A DNA stretch of 44,213 nt from Candidatus Moraniibacteriota bacterium (GCA_003482885.1 DMXN01000032.1:97974-142186); one strand, 5' to 3'; positions 29,969 to 39,797 are shown, counted from the first letter of the stretch. The notes: generated from the letters alone by a model not told the origin. Program-made: numbers and translations.

Positions 29969-32149
29969 ATGTCCAATATCTTGGAAAACTTAAATTCTTC
30001 TCAGCGGGAGGCGGTGGAAACTACCGAAGGGGCGGTTTTGGTGATTGCGGGAGCGGGATCGGGGAAAACGCGGGCGCTTACATATCGTACGGTTTATTTG
30101 ATTTGCGAGAAAAATATTCCTCCGAGAAATATTTTAGCTGTAACTTTTACCAATAAAGCCGCGGCGGAAATGAAAGAACGCATAGCGGGATTATTAGCCG
30201 ATTCGAATCTACGAATGGAATGCGAATCTACGAATAGTAAAAAATACGGAATGCCTATGGTGGGAACCTTTCATTCGATTTGCGCGAGAATTTTACGATC
30301 GGAAATCAAAAAGTTAGATTTTAGCAGTAATTTTAACATTTTTGACGCGCAGGATCAGCAAAGTTTAATTAAAAAAACCATGAAAGAATTAAATATTGAC
30401 ACGACGCAATTTCGTCCGCAAAGTATTTTGGGGACTATTTCCAAAGCGAAAAATGAATTGATTGACGCGCAAGCGTTTCAAAAGTCCGCTGGCGGATATT
30501 GGGAAGATATTGCGGCAAAGGTTTATGTTAATTATCAAGAAAGGTTGAAAAAAAACAACGCGTTGGATTTTGATGATATTTTAATGTTTCTTGTGGAAAT
30601 TTTTCGCAAATTTCCGGAAGTTTTGGAAAAATATCAAAATATTTTCCGCTATATTATGGTGGACGAATATCAAGACACCAACCACGCGCAATATACATTG
30701 ATTAAAATGCTGGCGGACAAACATAAAAACATTTGCGTTGTGGGTGACGATTGGCAAGGGATTTATTCTTGGCGGGGCGCCAATATTCAAAATATTTTAG
30801 ATTTTGAAAAAGATTATCCTTCCGCCAAGGTGGTGAAATTGGAACAAAATTACCGATCTTCCCAGCAAATTTTGGATGCCGCTTACGGCGTGATTTCCAA
30901 AAATGTCAATCGCAATGATAAAAAAATTTGGACGGAAAATAAAGCCGGACACTTGCTGGTTTCTTATGAAGCGGAAAATGAAGGCGATGAAGCGCGTTTC
31001 ATAGTTTCGGAAGTAATATCTTTGTGCAACAGAGGCGTGAAATTAAATAATATTGTCGTATTGTATCGGACAAACGCGCAATCGAGAATTATCGAGGAAT
31101 CGATGCTTGCCGATTCGATTCCCTATCGCATTATTGGCGGGTTAAAATTTTACCAGCGCAAAGAAATCAAAGATATTATCGCTTATTTGCGATTGATTGA
31201 AAATTTTAATGACGAAATTTCCTTGGAAAGAATTATAAATGAACCGAAACGCGGGATTGGCGAGAAAACTGTGGAGAAATGGACGGCTTTTGCTAAAAGA
31301 AATAGTTTAGATTTAATAATAGCGGGGCTTGAAATTTTAGATGACAAAATTATTAAAACTAAGGCAGAAAATATTGCTAGATTTTGCGAGTTCATTAAAA
31401 GAATGCGGGAAATAAAAAATAACTTATCTTTGGCGGATTTTATTCAGAAAGTTTTTTTGGAAAGCGGATATGAAAAACAGTTATTGGATGGAACCGATGA
31501 AGGGCAAATGCGTTATGAAAACGCGCGGGAATTATTAACTGTTGCGAAGAAATATGATGGGTATGAAAATGGCGAGGGTTTAAGTTTGTTTTTGGAAGAA
31601 GTGGCGCTGGTGGCGGATACGGACAATATTGATCAATCCAGCGAAGCGGTGCATTTGATGACGCTTCACAGCGCCAAAGGTTTGGAATTTCAGTTTGTTT
31701 TTATCGCCGGATTGGAAGAAGGAATTTTGCCGCATTCGCGCAGTTTGCTTAGCGAGCCGGAAATGGAAGAAGAACGGCGATTGATGTATGTGGGAATCAC
31801 GCGCGCCAAACAAAAAGTTTATTTATTATTCACCAAAATGCGCTCTATTTTCGGCTCCACGCAAATCAACGCGCCATCAAGATTTTTAGATGACATCCCA
31901 GAAGAATTAATCGAAAGCGCCGAACTTTCTGGGGTGAATATAAAAGCCAATGAATTTATAGCCGGGCGCAAGAAAACTGTTTTGACTGAAAATAAAGAAA
32001 CTTTCAAGGGCGGAGAAAAAATCGTTCATGAAAAATTCGGCAAAGGGCTGGTAATCGCATCCCAAGGCGACATTATTACCGTTGCTTTCCAATCAGTCGG
32101 ATTGAAAAAGCTTTCCAGCCAAGTCGCGCCGATTAAAAGAGTAGGATAA
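29969..32149 (+). CDS. pcrA: ATP-dependent DNA helicase PcrA/UvrD (SF1), with a short in-frame repeat insertion
   Basis: 726 aa. Motif I VIAGAGSGKT, Ia AVTFTNKAAAEMKER, II MVDEYQDTN, III VVGDDWQGIYSWRGA, V/VI LMTLHSAKGLEFQFVFI and YVGITRAK. Insert DSNLRMECESTNSKK lies between motifs Ia and Ib. Confidence 0.9.
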   Translation: MSNILENLNSSQREAVETTEGAVLVIAGAGSGKTRALTYRTVYLICEKNIPPRNILAVTFTNKAAAEMKERIAGLLADSNLRMECESTNSKKYGMPMVGTFHSICARILRSEIKKLDFSSNFNIFDAQDQQSLIKKTMKELNIDTTQFRPQSILGTISKAKNELIDAQAFQKSAGGYWEDIAAKVYVNYQERLKKNNALDFDDILMFLVEIFRKFPEVLEKYQNIFRYIMVDEYQDTNHAQYTLIKMLADKHKNICVVGDDWQGIYSWRGANIQNILDFEKDYPSAKVVKLEQNYRSSQQILDAAYGVISKNVNRNDKKIWTENKAGHLLVSYEAENEGDEARFIVSEVISLCNRGVKLNNIVVLYRTNAQSRIIEESMLADSIPYRIIGGLKFYQRKEIKDIIAYLRLIENFNDEISLERIINEPKRGIGEKTVEKWTAFAKRNSLDLIIAGLEILDDKIIKTKAENIARFCEFIKRMREIKNNLSLADFIQKVFLESGYEKQLLDGTDEGQMRYENARELLTVAKKYDGYENGEGLSLFLEEVALVADTDNIDQSSEAVHLMTLHSAKGLEFQFVFIAGLEEGILPHSRSLLSEPEMEEERRLMYVGITRAKQKVYLLFTKMRSIFGSTQINAPSRFLDDIPEELIESAELSGVNIKANEFIAGRKKTVLTENKETFKGGEKIVHEKFGKGLVIASQGDIITVAFQSVGLKKLSSQVAPIKRVG
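30200..30236. repeat. tacgaat-type modules in frame inside pcrA
   Basis: gattcgaatctacgaatggaatgcgaatctacgaata, i.e. two gaatctacgaat units. Translates to DSNLRMECESTN. Confidence 0.75.
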
Positions 32150-32150
32150 T

Positions 32151-32181
32151 AAAAAAAGACCTGAAAAAAAATCAGTCTTTT
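32151..32181. terminator. bidirectional terminator-like hairpin between convergent pcrA and the LysM-CHAP gene
   Basis: aaaaaaa-GACCTGA-aaaaaaa-TCAGTC-tttt. The stem is short and imperfect. Confidence 0.35.
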
Positions 32182-32196
32182 CAAATTCTTGAATTT

Positions 32197-33327
32197 TTAA
32201 TAAATAAATCCTTTAATTACCCGGCTGCCTTTGGCCATGATTCGGGTGGATTTTTTGCCCCAGCCCTTATAGTTCATTTCTGAAATCGTAAAACTGTCGG
32301 AGCTCACGCTTTCTACGATTCCCACATGCCCCCACCATGATTCGGAAGAAACCATTACCGAGCCGACGCGCGGAGTTTTTCCGGTGGCGTATCCAGACGC
32401 TTTGGCTTTATACAACCAAGTTCCCGCGTTGCCGCTCCATGGAATTTTTCTTTTTTGCGCCACATACCAAGTGCAATAGCCATAAGGGAAAATATGACCT
32501 CCTTTGCCTCCAATAAGATTCTTGCCGGTGGATTCAAATGATTCATACGGCCGTTCGGCAATATTTAAACCTCTAGCTGCCGGTTTAGGTTTGGGAAGTT
32601 CTTTTTGTCCGTTAGGGATGACAATTTCCTCGCCCTCTTCTATATCGCCATTAGCGGGAAGAGAATTAAAAGCGATGATTTTATCCGCTTCAGCTTTAAA
32701 TTCTTTGGCAATGCTTTTTATGTCATCGCCCTTTTTGACAGTATAAGAAAGTCCGGAAACGGGAAGAATAAATATTTTATCGCCGGGCATAATAGAATCA
32801 ATGTCGTCGATAGCGTTCGCCCAAAGAAGAGTATTGACGGTAATTTTATTGGCGGCGGCAATCGTACTGATCGTGTCTCCCGACCGGACTTCGTAAATAA
32901 TCACGCCACCATCTTCTTCCGGATCTTTAAGTACCGGGCAGTTTTCGGAAACTAGCGCGTTTCCTTGCATAAGCATCGGATCGGACAATGAACCCTCGTT
33001 ATCTTGCAGCGCGGGATCGGGAACAATTTTTGCTTCCGCCAAAGGCGCTAAGGCTAGAGAAGTCTTTTGATTAGCTTTCAAAAAAAATTTGTCTTCCAAG
33101 GGGTTGGCATAATTGTCAGTCGCCGCTCCGAGATAACCAAACAAAAAACCACTAGACTCTTGTCCGGCGGAAAGATTGGTGGCGGATACCAAAAGGGAGC
33201 AGGAAACTACGACAATAAAAGAGGAGTAGTTTCTGAACAGATGCAGAATTTTGACAGTGCGCCGTTCTTTTATGAATGCTACTATGCTTTTTTGTTTCCA
33301 ATGAAGCAATGTAACGATATTTTTCAA
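32197..33327 (-). CDS. peptidoglycan hydrolase: N-terminal anchor + 2 LysM domains + C-terminal CHAP (NlpC/P60-like) domain
   Basis: 376 aa. LysM repeats YEVRSGDTISTIAAANKITVNTLLWANAI and YTVKKGDDIKSIAKEFKAEADKIIAFNSL. CHAP-like catalytic region YGYCTWYVAQKR ... WGHVGIVESV (Cys...His). Confidence 0.8.
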   Translation of the reverse strand: MKNIVTLLHWKQKSIVAFIKERRTVKILHLFRNYSSFIVVVSCSLLVSATNLSAGQESSGFLFGYLGAATDNYANPLEDKFFLKANQKTSLALAPLAEAKIVPDPALQDNEGSLSDPMLMQGNALVSENCPVLKDPEEDGGVIIYEVRSGDTISTIAAANKITVNTLLWANAIDDIDSIMPGDKIFILPVSGLSYTVKKGDDIKSIAKEFKAEADKIIAFNSLPANGDIEEGEEIVIPNGQKELPKPKPAARGLNIAERPYESFESTGKNLIGGKGGHIFPYGYCTWYVAQKRKIPWSGNAGTWLYKAKASGYATGKTPRVGSVMVSSESWWGHVGIVESVSSDSFTISEMNYKGWGKKSTRIMAKGSRVIKGFIY

Positions 33328-33517
33328 GTTTTTTCGGCAAAACGGATTTCTCAGTATAGTTTGCGTTAACTTACTAATACGATTAACCTTTCTTATTGGT
33401 TTTAGTAAGAACTTAGCTGTTTCTTGGAAAATCTTCTAGCAAGCCTTAAGCCTAAAACCCTAATTTTTACCTAATGATGAGTATAGCCCCCCTGCCGATT
33501 TTTGTCAATCGCAGTTT

Positions 33518-33528
33518 TGGTATAGAAT
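33518..33528 (+). promoter_or_regulatory. -10 region (TGGTATAGAAT) 6-8 nt upstream of the xerC/D ATG
   Basis: tttTGGTATAGAATagggctATG. Either TATAGA (extended -10) or TAGAAT could serve as the hexamer. No SD is present. Confidence 0.35.
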
Positions 33529-33534
33529 AGGGCT

Positions 33535-34521
33535 ATGCTAATCAAGGAAATTAAAACCCAATTTTTAGAATATTTGGAAATTGAGAAAGGCCGCTCGCAA
33601 AAAACCATTGAAAACTATGACCATTATCTTAATCGTTTTTTGAATTGGGCGAAGGTTGCTAATCCGGCGCAAATTACCGCTGAATTGGTGAGAAATTTTC
33701 GCGTTTATCTTAATCGTTATGAAGATGAAAAAGGCCGGAAGCTGAAAAAAATCACCCAAGGTTTTTATATGATTGCCATTCGCAATTTTTTAAAATTTCT
33801 AGCCAAGAGAGATATTGCGTCCTTGCAGGCGGAAAAAATCGAGATGAGTAAATCTCCGACGCGCGAAGTGGATTTTTTGGAAATTGAAGAAATCGAGCGG
33901 ATTTTGGCGGTGGCGGGCGGGCAAGATTTCAAATCTTTGCGCGATCGGGCGATTTTAGAGTTGCTTTTTTCGGCCGGATTGCGGGTTTCGGAATTGACAA
34001 ATATTGATCGGGAAAAAATAGATTTGAAAAGACAAGAGTTGAGCGTTCGAGGAAAAGGCGACAAAGTGCGGGTGGTTTTTATTTCCGATTCCGCTTCCGG
34101 CGTGATAAAAAGATATTTGGAAAAAAGAATCGATGTCGATCCGGCGCTTTTCGTGAGAGATGTGGTTGGCTTAAAAAAATTTGAAAAAAAACAAACAATC
34201 GTAAAAACGCAACCGCTTGCAAAGACGCTCCGGCGAGGCGTTTTTGCGGGCGAGGATGTGGATAACCTGCGTCTAACGCCAAGAAGCATCCAAAGAATCG
34301 TCAAGCATTACGCGATCAAGGCGGGAATTGTAAAGGATGTCCATCCACACACGCTTCGACATAGCTTTGCCACCGATTTATTGATCAATGGCGCCGATAT
34401 TCGCTCGGTGCAAGCCATGCTCGGGCATTCATCAATTACCACTACGCAAGTTTATACCCATATTACCAACAAGCAACTGAAAGAAGTCCATAAAGCTTTT
34501 CATTCAAGGAGGAGGAAATAA
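33535..34521 (+). CDS. xerC: XerC/XerD-family tyrosine recombinase with an in-frame insertion
   Basis: 328 aa. N-terminal SAM-like domain FLEYLEIEKGRSQKTIENYDHYLNRFLNW. Catalytic region RDRAILELLFSAGLRVSEL ... HPHTLRHSFATDLLINGADIRSVQAMLGHSSITTTQVYTH. A ~35-aa insert lies before RLTPRSIQRIVKHY. Confidence 0.85.
   Translation: MLIKEIKTQFLEYLEIEKGRSQKTIENYDHYLNRFLNWAKVANPAQITAELVRNFRVYLNRYEDEKGRKLKKITQGFYMIAIRNFLKFLAKRDIASLQAEKIEMSKSPTREVDFLEIEEIERILAVAGGQDFKSLRDRAILELLFSAGLRVSELTNIDREKIDLKRQELSVRGKGDKVRVVFISDSASGVIKRYLEKRIDVDPALFVRDVVGLKKFEKKQTIVKTQPLAKTLRRGVFAGEDVDNLRLTPRSIQRIVKHYAIKAGIVKDVHPHTLRHSFATDLLINGADIRSVQAMLGHSSITTTQVYTHITNKQLKEVHKAFHSRRRK
34220..34246. repeat. degenerate copy of the gagacgcc..ggcgtctc palindrome in frame inside xerC/D
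   Basis: caaagacgc-tccggcgag-gcgtttttg. It aligns with agacgccccgccggggcgtct with about 4 substitutions and translates to AKTLRRGVFA (compare ETPRRGVST). Confidence 0.55.
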
Positions 34522-34699
34522 TTGACGGGACCGGCACAAAGGAAAGTTTTATCGAAAAAATAATCGCCATTAGGCTACGGGCTAAAAAAGATTTAAAACG
34601 ATGTATCGAGGAGAGAGATTTTATATACAAAAACCAATTCCAAATTTTTGCGGATTCAGTCTCGACTGCAATCGGGACGATCAAACAAGTTATAGATTG

Positions 34700-34771
34700 T
34701 GGGACCAGCTGGATTCGAACCAGCGACCAAACGATTATGAGTCGTCCGCTCTACCACTGAGCTATGGTCCC
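34700..34771 (-). tRNA. tRNA with CAU anticodon (elongator Met or lysidine-modified Ile2; not initiator)
   Basis: Minus strand: GGGACCA-UA-GCUC-AGUGGUA-GAGC-G-GACGA-CUCAUAA-UCGUU-UGGUC-GCUGG-UUCGAAU-CCAGC-UGGUCCC-A. This is a full cloverleaf with a G1-C72 pair and no triple G-C run in the anticodon stem. No CCA is encoded. Confidence 0.85.
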
Positions 34772-34813
34772 ATTAGTATAACTTAGATTTTTAAGGAACT
34801 CTCATATTATCTG

Positions 34814-34887
34814 TGGGCATATCCCGACTCGAACGGGAGACCTTTTCCATGTCAAGGAAACGCTCTAACCAACTGAGCTATACGCCC
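34814..34887 (-). tRNA. tRNA-Val (GAC)
   Basis: Minus strand: GGGCGUA-UA-GCUC-AGUUGGUUA-GAGC-G-UUUCC-UUGACAU-GGAAA-AGGUC-UCCCG-UUCGAGU-CGGGA-UAUGCCC-A. No CCA is encoded. Confidence 0.85.
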
Positions 34888-34894
34888 CTAAAAT

Positions 34895-35893
34895 TTATTT
34901 TTCCATCTTAATAGTTTTCACCGCGTCGGCGGTCGGCAGATGCATTAATTCTTTTTTCGGTTCCTTGATTTCTTCAACAACTTTTTCTTCTTCTTTCGGA
35001 GTGGCGATGGTGTGGAAAAATAGAACCCAAGCGATTTGGGAGAAAGCGGTAAAAGCGGAATAAAAAAGTATAATCGTAAAAGCGAAAATAATCAAGCCGA
35101 AAATGATGGCGATGATTATTCCAGTTTCTTTAAAAATAAAAAACAATATCAATCCGATCAGTCCAAAAATAATTAAAACTGCCAACGCTGCCGCAATAAT
35201 AATCAAAAAAGAAAAAATGCCCAAAGGAATAAATAATAATGACATAATGATGCCGGCGAGAATGTTTTTTTTAAAAAGAGCGTAAGCGTTTTCTATGGCT
35301 ATCCAAGGCGTTAAGTCGGCTAGAACGGCGTAAAAGCAAGCGTATGTTTGCAGAAATTTGTACAAAACCAACAAGGGAATAATAATTAAAAAGGCTAAAA
35401 TAGCCAGCGGAATGGCAATAGCATAAGATTTTGCGGCGAATAAAAACGCAATGGGCAAGACAATGACCGCCGCGCAAATTATAAAAGCCAGTCCGGAAAA
35501 TAAAATTATGCAAAATATTTTCCAAAAATATTTTTTTCCATCTTTCCAGCCCGACTTGAAATCAGCCGGCTTGTTTTTTAATAAATGCTGGGTGGACTTG
35601 ATAATTGCGCCTTGTCCAAGAAGGCTTAAAAAAATAGAAATAAAAAAAAGAATAATTAAAAAACTCAAAACAAACAAAATAACATTTGGATATGCGACAA
35701 AAAAATTCAGATCGGGTAATTTTCCGAAAATACTTTGCCATCTTTCCATAGTTTCCGGATTATCTGATAGAATATATCTAAAATTAAAAATTCCCGGCAA
35801 AAGAAAAAACAAGCCGAACCACCAAAGAAAGCGGTTTTTCCAAGTTATATTCCATGCGGCGAGGAAGATTTTTAGGTAATCAATATTTAGCAT
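34895..35893 (-). CDS. polytopic membrane protein of unknown function
   Basis: 332 aa with about 7 hydrophobic helices and a C-terminal charged tail (TPKEEEKVVEEIKEPKKE). The stop lies 5 nt after ftsH. Confidence 0.6.
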   Translation of the reverse strand: MLNIDYLKIFLAAWNITWKNRFLWWFGLFFLLPGIFNFRYILSDNPETMERWQSIFGKLPDLNFFVAYPNVILFVLSFLIILFFISIFLSLLGQGAIIKSTQHLLKNKPADFKSGWKDGKKYFWKIFCIILFSGLAFIICAAVIVLPIAFLFAAKSYAIAIPLAILAFLIIIPLLVLYKFLQTYACFYAVLADLTPWIAIENAYALFKKNILAGIIMSLLFIPLGIFSFLIIIAAALAVLIIFGLIGLILFFIFKETGIIIAIIFGLIIFAFTIILFYSAFTAFSQIAWVLFFHTIATPKEEEKVVEEIKEPKKELMHLPTADAVKTIKMEK

Positions 35894-35897
35894 GAGA

Positions 35898-37745
35898 TTA
35901 AACTGTTTTTATTGCTTCTTTATTCTCAATTTTTATTCCCATTATCTCATTAAACTCTTTTTGTTCAATAGTCTCTTTTTCTAAGAGAACATTGGAAATT
36001 TTGTCGAGCAAGTCTTTTTTCTCAATAAGTATTTTTTCAGCCACTTTGTAGGCGTTATCGATAAATTTAGTAACTTGATTGTCAATTTCTCGGGCGGTTT
36101 CTTCGGAATAATTTTTTTCTTCGCGCAGTTCTTTGCCGAGAAAAACCAATTCTTCTTTATGACCGAAAGTTCTCGGTCCCAAATCGCTCATTCCATAGCG
36201 AGTAACTAAATTTCTGGCGATAGCGGTGGATCTTTCCAAATCGTTAGATGCGCCGGTGGTAATATCATGAAAAGTTAGCTTCTCGCTGATATATCCGCCC
36301 AAATATACAGACAGTTCGTCAATAAAATAATTGCGGGAATGAAGCATCTTGTCTTTTGTCGGCGCGTTCAAAGTATAACCGCCGGCGTTGCCGCGGGAAA
36401 TAATAGAAACTTTTTGCACCGGATCGGAATGTTTAAGCGACGCGGCGATTAAAGCATGCCCGGCTTCATGATAGGCGATAATTTTCTTTTCATCTTCATC
36501 GATGCGGCGGCTTTTTCTTTCCGGTCCGAGGATAACTTTTTCGATTGCTTCGGTAAGTTCCGGCATAGCCACTATTTTTTTCTCTCGCCGGGCAGTAAGA
36601 ATAGCGGCTTCGTTTAATAAGTTGGAAAGATCCGCTCCGGAAAATCCGGGCGTTCTTTGCGCGATAACTCTCAAATCAACTTCTTTGCCCAGCGGTTTAT
36701 TTTTCGAATGAATTTTTAAAATCGCCGTTCTTTCTTCAATATCCGGCAAATTCATTATTACTCGCCGGTCGAATCGGCCGGGACGAAGAAGCGCCGGATC
36801 AAGCACATCAGGACGATTGGTGGCGGCGATAACAATAACATTAATGCTGGTATCAAAACCATCCATTTCCACTAAAATTTGGTTGAGCGTTTGTTCTCTT
36901 TCATCATGCCCTCCGCCTAAACCAGCTCCCCGATGGCGACCGACAGCATCAATTTCATCTATAAAAACAATCGCTGGCGCGTTTTTTTTGGCCTGCTTAA
37001 AAAGATCCCGTACGCGCGACGCGCCTACTCCCACGAACATTTCTACAAATTCCGATCCGGAAATATTGAAAAATGGCACATTAGCCTCCCCTGCCACCGC
37101 TTTGGCAATTAAAGTTTTTCCTGTTCCCGGAGAGCCCAAAAGCAAAACGCCTTTCGGGATTTTCGCGCCTAAGTTTAAAAACTTTTGAGGATTTTTCAGA
37201 AATTCAACAATTTCGTATAATTCTTCTTTGGCTTCCTTGGCTCCGGCGACATCGGAAAAAATAACGCGATTTTTCTTATCTTTCGGATCGATCATCCGCG
37301 CTTTAGACGAACCAAAAGAAAGCGCTTGGTTGTTGCCTCTTTGCGCTTGGCGCATTATGAACCAAATGAAACCGGCGATCAGCAGAAACGGCAAAAGAAA
37401 AGGCAAAATCGCTCCGAGCCAAAGACTGGCTCCGGTTTCGCCTTTAACTATTACATTTACAACTTTCAATTTTTCCTGATCCACGCCGTAATTTTTGAAA
37501 GTTTCCGTAATTCCCGCTTCCTTTTCTTTAACGGCTTTTTCAGTTTTTCCGTCAACCATCGTAATAGTCAGTTCATCGTTAGTTACGGAAATCTCCTTGA
37601 CTTTTTGTTCGTTAATTTGGGAAACCAAAGTGGAAAGCGAAACGGCTTCCGGTTTTTTTTCCGGGGAGCTGAAAAGAATCAAAACTCCTGTCACAAAAAG
37701 AAACAAAAACAAAACGAAGCTGATATTTTTAAGCAAATTTTTCAT
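35898..37745 (-). CDS. ftsH: ATP-dependent zinc metalloprotease FtsH
   Basis: 615 aa. Two N-terminal TMs, Walker [17 protein letters not shown], Walker [33 protein letters not shown], and the zinc motif HEAGHAL. Confidence 0.95.
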   Translation of the reverse strand: MKNLLKNISFVLFLFLFVTGVLILFSSPEKKPEAVSLSTLVSQINEQKVKEISVTNDELTITMVDGKTEKAVKEKEAGITETFKNYGVDQEKLKVVNVIVKGETGASLWLGAILPFLLPFLLIAGFIWFIMRQAQRGNNQALSFGSSKARMIDPKDKKNRVIFSDVAGAKEAKEELYEIVEFLKNPQKFLNLGAKIPKGVLLLGSPGTGKTLIAKAVAGEANVPFFNISGSEFVEMFVGVGASRVRDLFKQAKKNAPAIVFIDEIDAVGRHRGAGLGGGHDEREQTLNQILVEMDGFDTSINVIVIAATNRPDVLDPALLRPGRFDRRVIMNLPDIEERTAILKIHSKNKPLGKEVDLRVIAQRTPGFSGADLSNLLNEAAILTARREKKIVAMPELTEAIEKVILGPERKSRRIDEDEKKIIAYHEAGHALIAASLKHSDPVQKVSIISRGNAGGYTLNAPTKDKMLHSRNYFIDELSVYLGGYISEKLTFHDITTGASNDLERSTAIARNLVTRYGMSDLGPRTFGHKEELVFLGKELREEKNYSEETAREIDNQVTKFIDNAYKVAEKILIEKKDLLDKISNVLLEKETIEQKEFNEIMGIKIENKEAIKTV

Positions 37746-37750
37746 AATTC

Positions 37751-37790
37751 TACGAATTACGAATTTGTACGAATGTACGAATTACGAATT
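37751..37790. repeat. tacgaat module array directly upstream of ftsH
   Basis: tacgaattacgaatttgtacgaatgtacgaattacgaatt. Confidence 0.8.
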
Positions 37791-37835
37791 CAAATAAATA
37801 AAAAATAATTATAATCCATCAAAGGATTTTTGAAA

Positions 37836-37876
37836 AATCATAGCCTATCATTCAATCAGACAAATCACAGTTCAAG
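37836..37876 (-). repeat. ~42-nt gene-3'-end repeat, copy 2 (overlaps the tilS stop codon)
   Basis: See 16924-16965. This is the inverted copy and its embedded tga (minus strand) is the tilS stop. Confidence 0.8.
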
Positions 37877-38822
37877 ACAAATTGATTTTATCACCCTTTC
37901 GAATCATTTTCAACCTGGCAAAATTTATAGTTTGGTTTTTGCTTTTCGCGCTTTTGAGCGCTTTAATTATTTCTTCGCTGAAAGAGAAATCGCGTGGTGT
38001 TATTTTTGGGTTTTTTTTAAAAATTATTTTTTGCAAAACTCTTTTCTGAATGGCAGTCGGCAATTTTAAAAGCTTTTTTACGCTCAATTCTTTTTCTTTA
38101 TTATAAAATTTTTCAGTCGCGCTTTCAATCACGGCATAATCTTCCCCGCAAGATTTCGCGGTAGAAGAAAGAACTTGCTTGACGCGCGGATTGAAATTTT
38201 TTTCAATATACGGAATCAGTTTATTTCTGATTTTATTGCGCAAAAAAATGGATTGCAAATTTGTTTTGTCAATTTTATATTTTAATTTATTTGTTTTGAG
38301 ATAAATTAAAATTTCTTGGCGCGTGATATTAAGCAACGGACGAATAATTTTTCGCGAATTATTTTTAAATTGCATCGCGGAAAGTCCTTGTAAACCCGAA
38401 CCGCGAATTAATCGCATTAAAAAAGTTTCCGCTTGATCGTCCAAATTATGCGCGACGGCAATCAAATTAAAATTATTTTTTTTTCTGATTTTTTCAAAAA
38501 AATCATAACGAATATCGCGCAGATTTTCCTCTAAATTATTTTTCGCCTGAATTTTTGGTTTTAAAATTTCAATTTTCAGATCATATTTTCCCGCCAAATT
38601 GCGAACAAACTTTTCGTCCAAGTTGCTGTCTTTTCTACGAAGACCATAATTCACATGAGCGACGATAAGGCTTAAATTAGACTTTTTTTGCAGCTCCAAA
38701 AAAACATGCAAAAGACAAACCGAATCCGGTCCGCCGGAAATTCCCAAAATAATTTTATCGCCTTTTTTCAAAAGACTTTGTTGGAAGATGGTGTTTTGAA
38801 TTTTTTTGATGAGATTTTTCAT
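37872..38822 (-). CDS. tilS: tRNA(Ile)-lysidine synthase TilS
   Basis: 316 aa. PP-loop LGISGGPDSVCLLH, and AHNLDDQAETFLMRLIRGSG. The tilS-ftsH neighbourhood is conserved in many bacteria. Confidence 0.85.
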   Translation of the reverse strand: MKNLIKKIQNTIFQQSLLKKGDKIILGISGGPDSVCLLHVFLELQKKSNLSLIVAHVNYGLRRKDSNLDEKFVRNLAGKYDLKIEILKPKIQAKNNLEENLRDIRYDFFEKIRKKNNFNLIAVAHNLDDQAETFLMRLIRGSGLQGLSAMQFKNNSRKIIRPLLNITRQEILIYLKTNKLKYKIDKTNLQSIFLRNKIRNKLIPYIEKNFNPRVKQVLSSTAKSCGEDYAVIESATEKFYNKEKELSVKKLLKLPTAIQKRVLQKIIFKKNPKITPRDFSFSEEIIKALKSAKSKNQTINFARLKMIRKGDKINLS

Positions 38823-38840
38823 AAAAATTTTATTTAATTT

Positions 38841-39584
38841 TTAATTTTCATTCCATACGGCATAGAACAATCCTTTCATCATATTGTGGATGCCCTTGCT
38901 TTCAACAATCACACCGAAAAAATCTTCATCGTAAGAAAGAAAGGCTACCTTGTTGGCAAAAATTTTAAAATCTCCACTAAATATTTCTTTTTGCTCTTTC
39001 AGGATTTTTATTTCTCGAAGTTCATTTTTGGCCGAATTCATCCAATCTCTTGCCACATCGCTTTCGTGCGCGATTATTTTATTAACCACTCTTTTCCTAA
39101 TTCGTTCGCCGACATATTTTTCCAAAATTTCTTTTGGAACAAAATCATAGAAATTTTGCAGTCCGATATAGGTTAAGATGCTATCGCCCGAAGAAACGGA
39201 AGTAATAATATCTCCGTAAAATCTTTTCATCCCAATCACTCCTTCGTAAAGAATAATTCGGGGTTTTACGCGCGAAATATTGTGGAATTTTTCCAGCTCC
39301 GGAATCATTTGGCGCACTGCTTCGGTTTTTTCTTCCAACGACTGTTCAAGATTGCGAACATCGTCAATGAAATAGAATTTTCGACCTTTATTTTTGGTCA
39401 CTTTTATAAATCCCCTTCTTTGCATTTCCGGAAGCATATTATACAGCGTGGTTCTTTTGAGATTGCATCTCTTGGCAAGATCAGTAGCGGTGACCTCCCC
39501 CGCTTCCAAAAGGGTCAAATAAATGCTGGCTTCTTTCTCTGAAAAATTCATATTGTCCATCAACTCTTGTTTGCTTGGTTTCAC
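38841..39584 (-). CDS. TrmB-family transcriptional regulator
   Basis: 247 aa. N-terminal winged HTH EKEASIYLTLLEAGEVTATDLAKRCNLKRTTLYNMLPEMQRRGFI, then a coiled linker and a C-terminal effector-type domain. Confidence 0.75.
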   Translation of the reverse strand: MKPSKQELMDNMNFSEKEASIYLTLLEAGEVTATDLAKRCNLKRTTLYNMLPEMQRRGFIKVTKNKGRKFYFIDDVRNLEQSLEEKTEAVRQMIPELEKFHNISRVKPRIILYEGVIGMKRFYGDIITSVSSGDSILTYIGLQNFYDFVPKEILEKYVGERIRKRVVNKIIAHESDVARDWMNSAKNELREIKILKEQKEIFSGDFKIFANKVAFLSYDEDFFGVIVESKGIHNMMKGLFYAVWNEN

Positions 39585-39797
39585 AAATATAATCCGTCTA
39601 TATTTTTAGACGATAAATTAATAACTTAATTTCTCCCTGATTTATGCTTGTTTGAGGTAAATTTTAATATTTACCTATTTCTAGTATACACGAAATATAA
39701 AAAATGTAAACAGTCAGTTTGGTTTTTGGTAGTGTTTAATGATTGCGGTAAATGTAGTTGTTCGTTAACAAATAAACTTAGCGAGAGGAGGCATGTC

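Noticed and set aside
33535-34521. Tyrosine recombinase next to two tRNA genes as the integrase of a genomic island
   Set aside because: The N-terminal SAM-like domain and the C-terminal HTLRHSFAT…LGHSSITTTQVYTH are typical of chromosomal XerC/XerD. Flanking genes (LysM-CHAP hydrolase, pcrA, ftsH, tilS) are housekeeping. No direct repeat of a tRNA 3' end was seen nearby.
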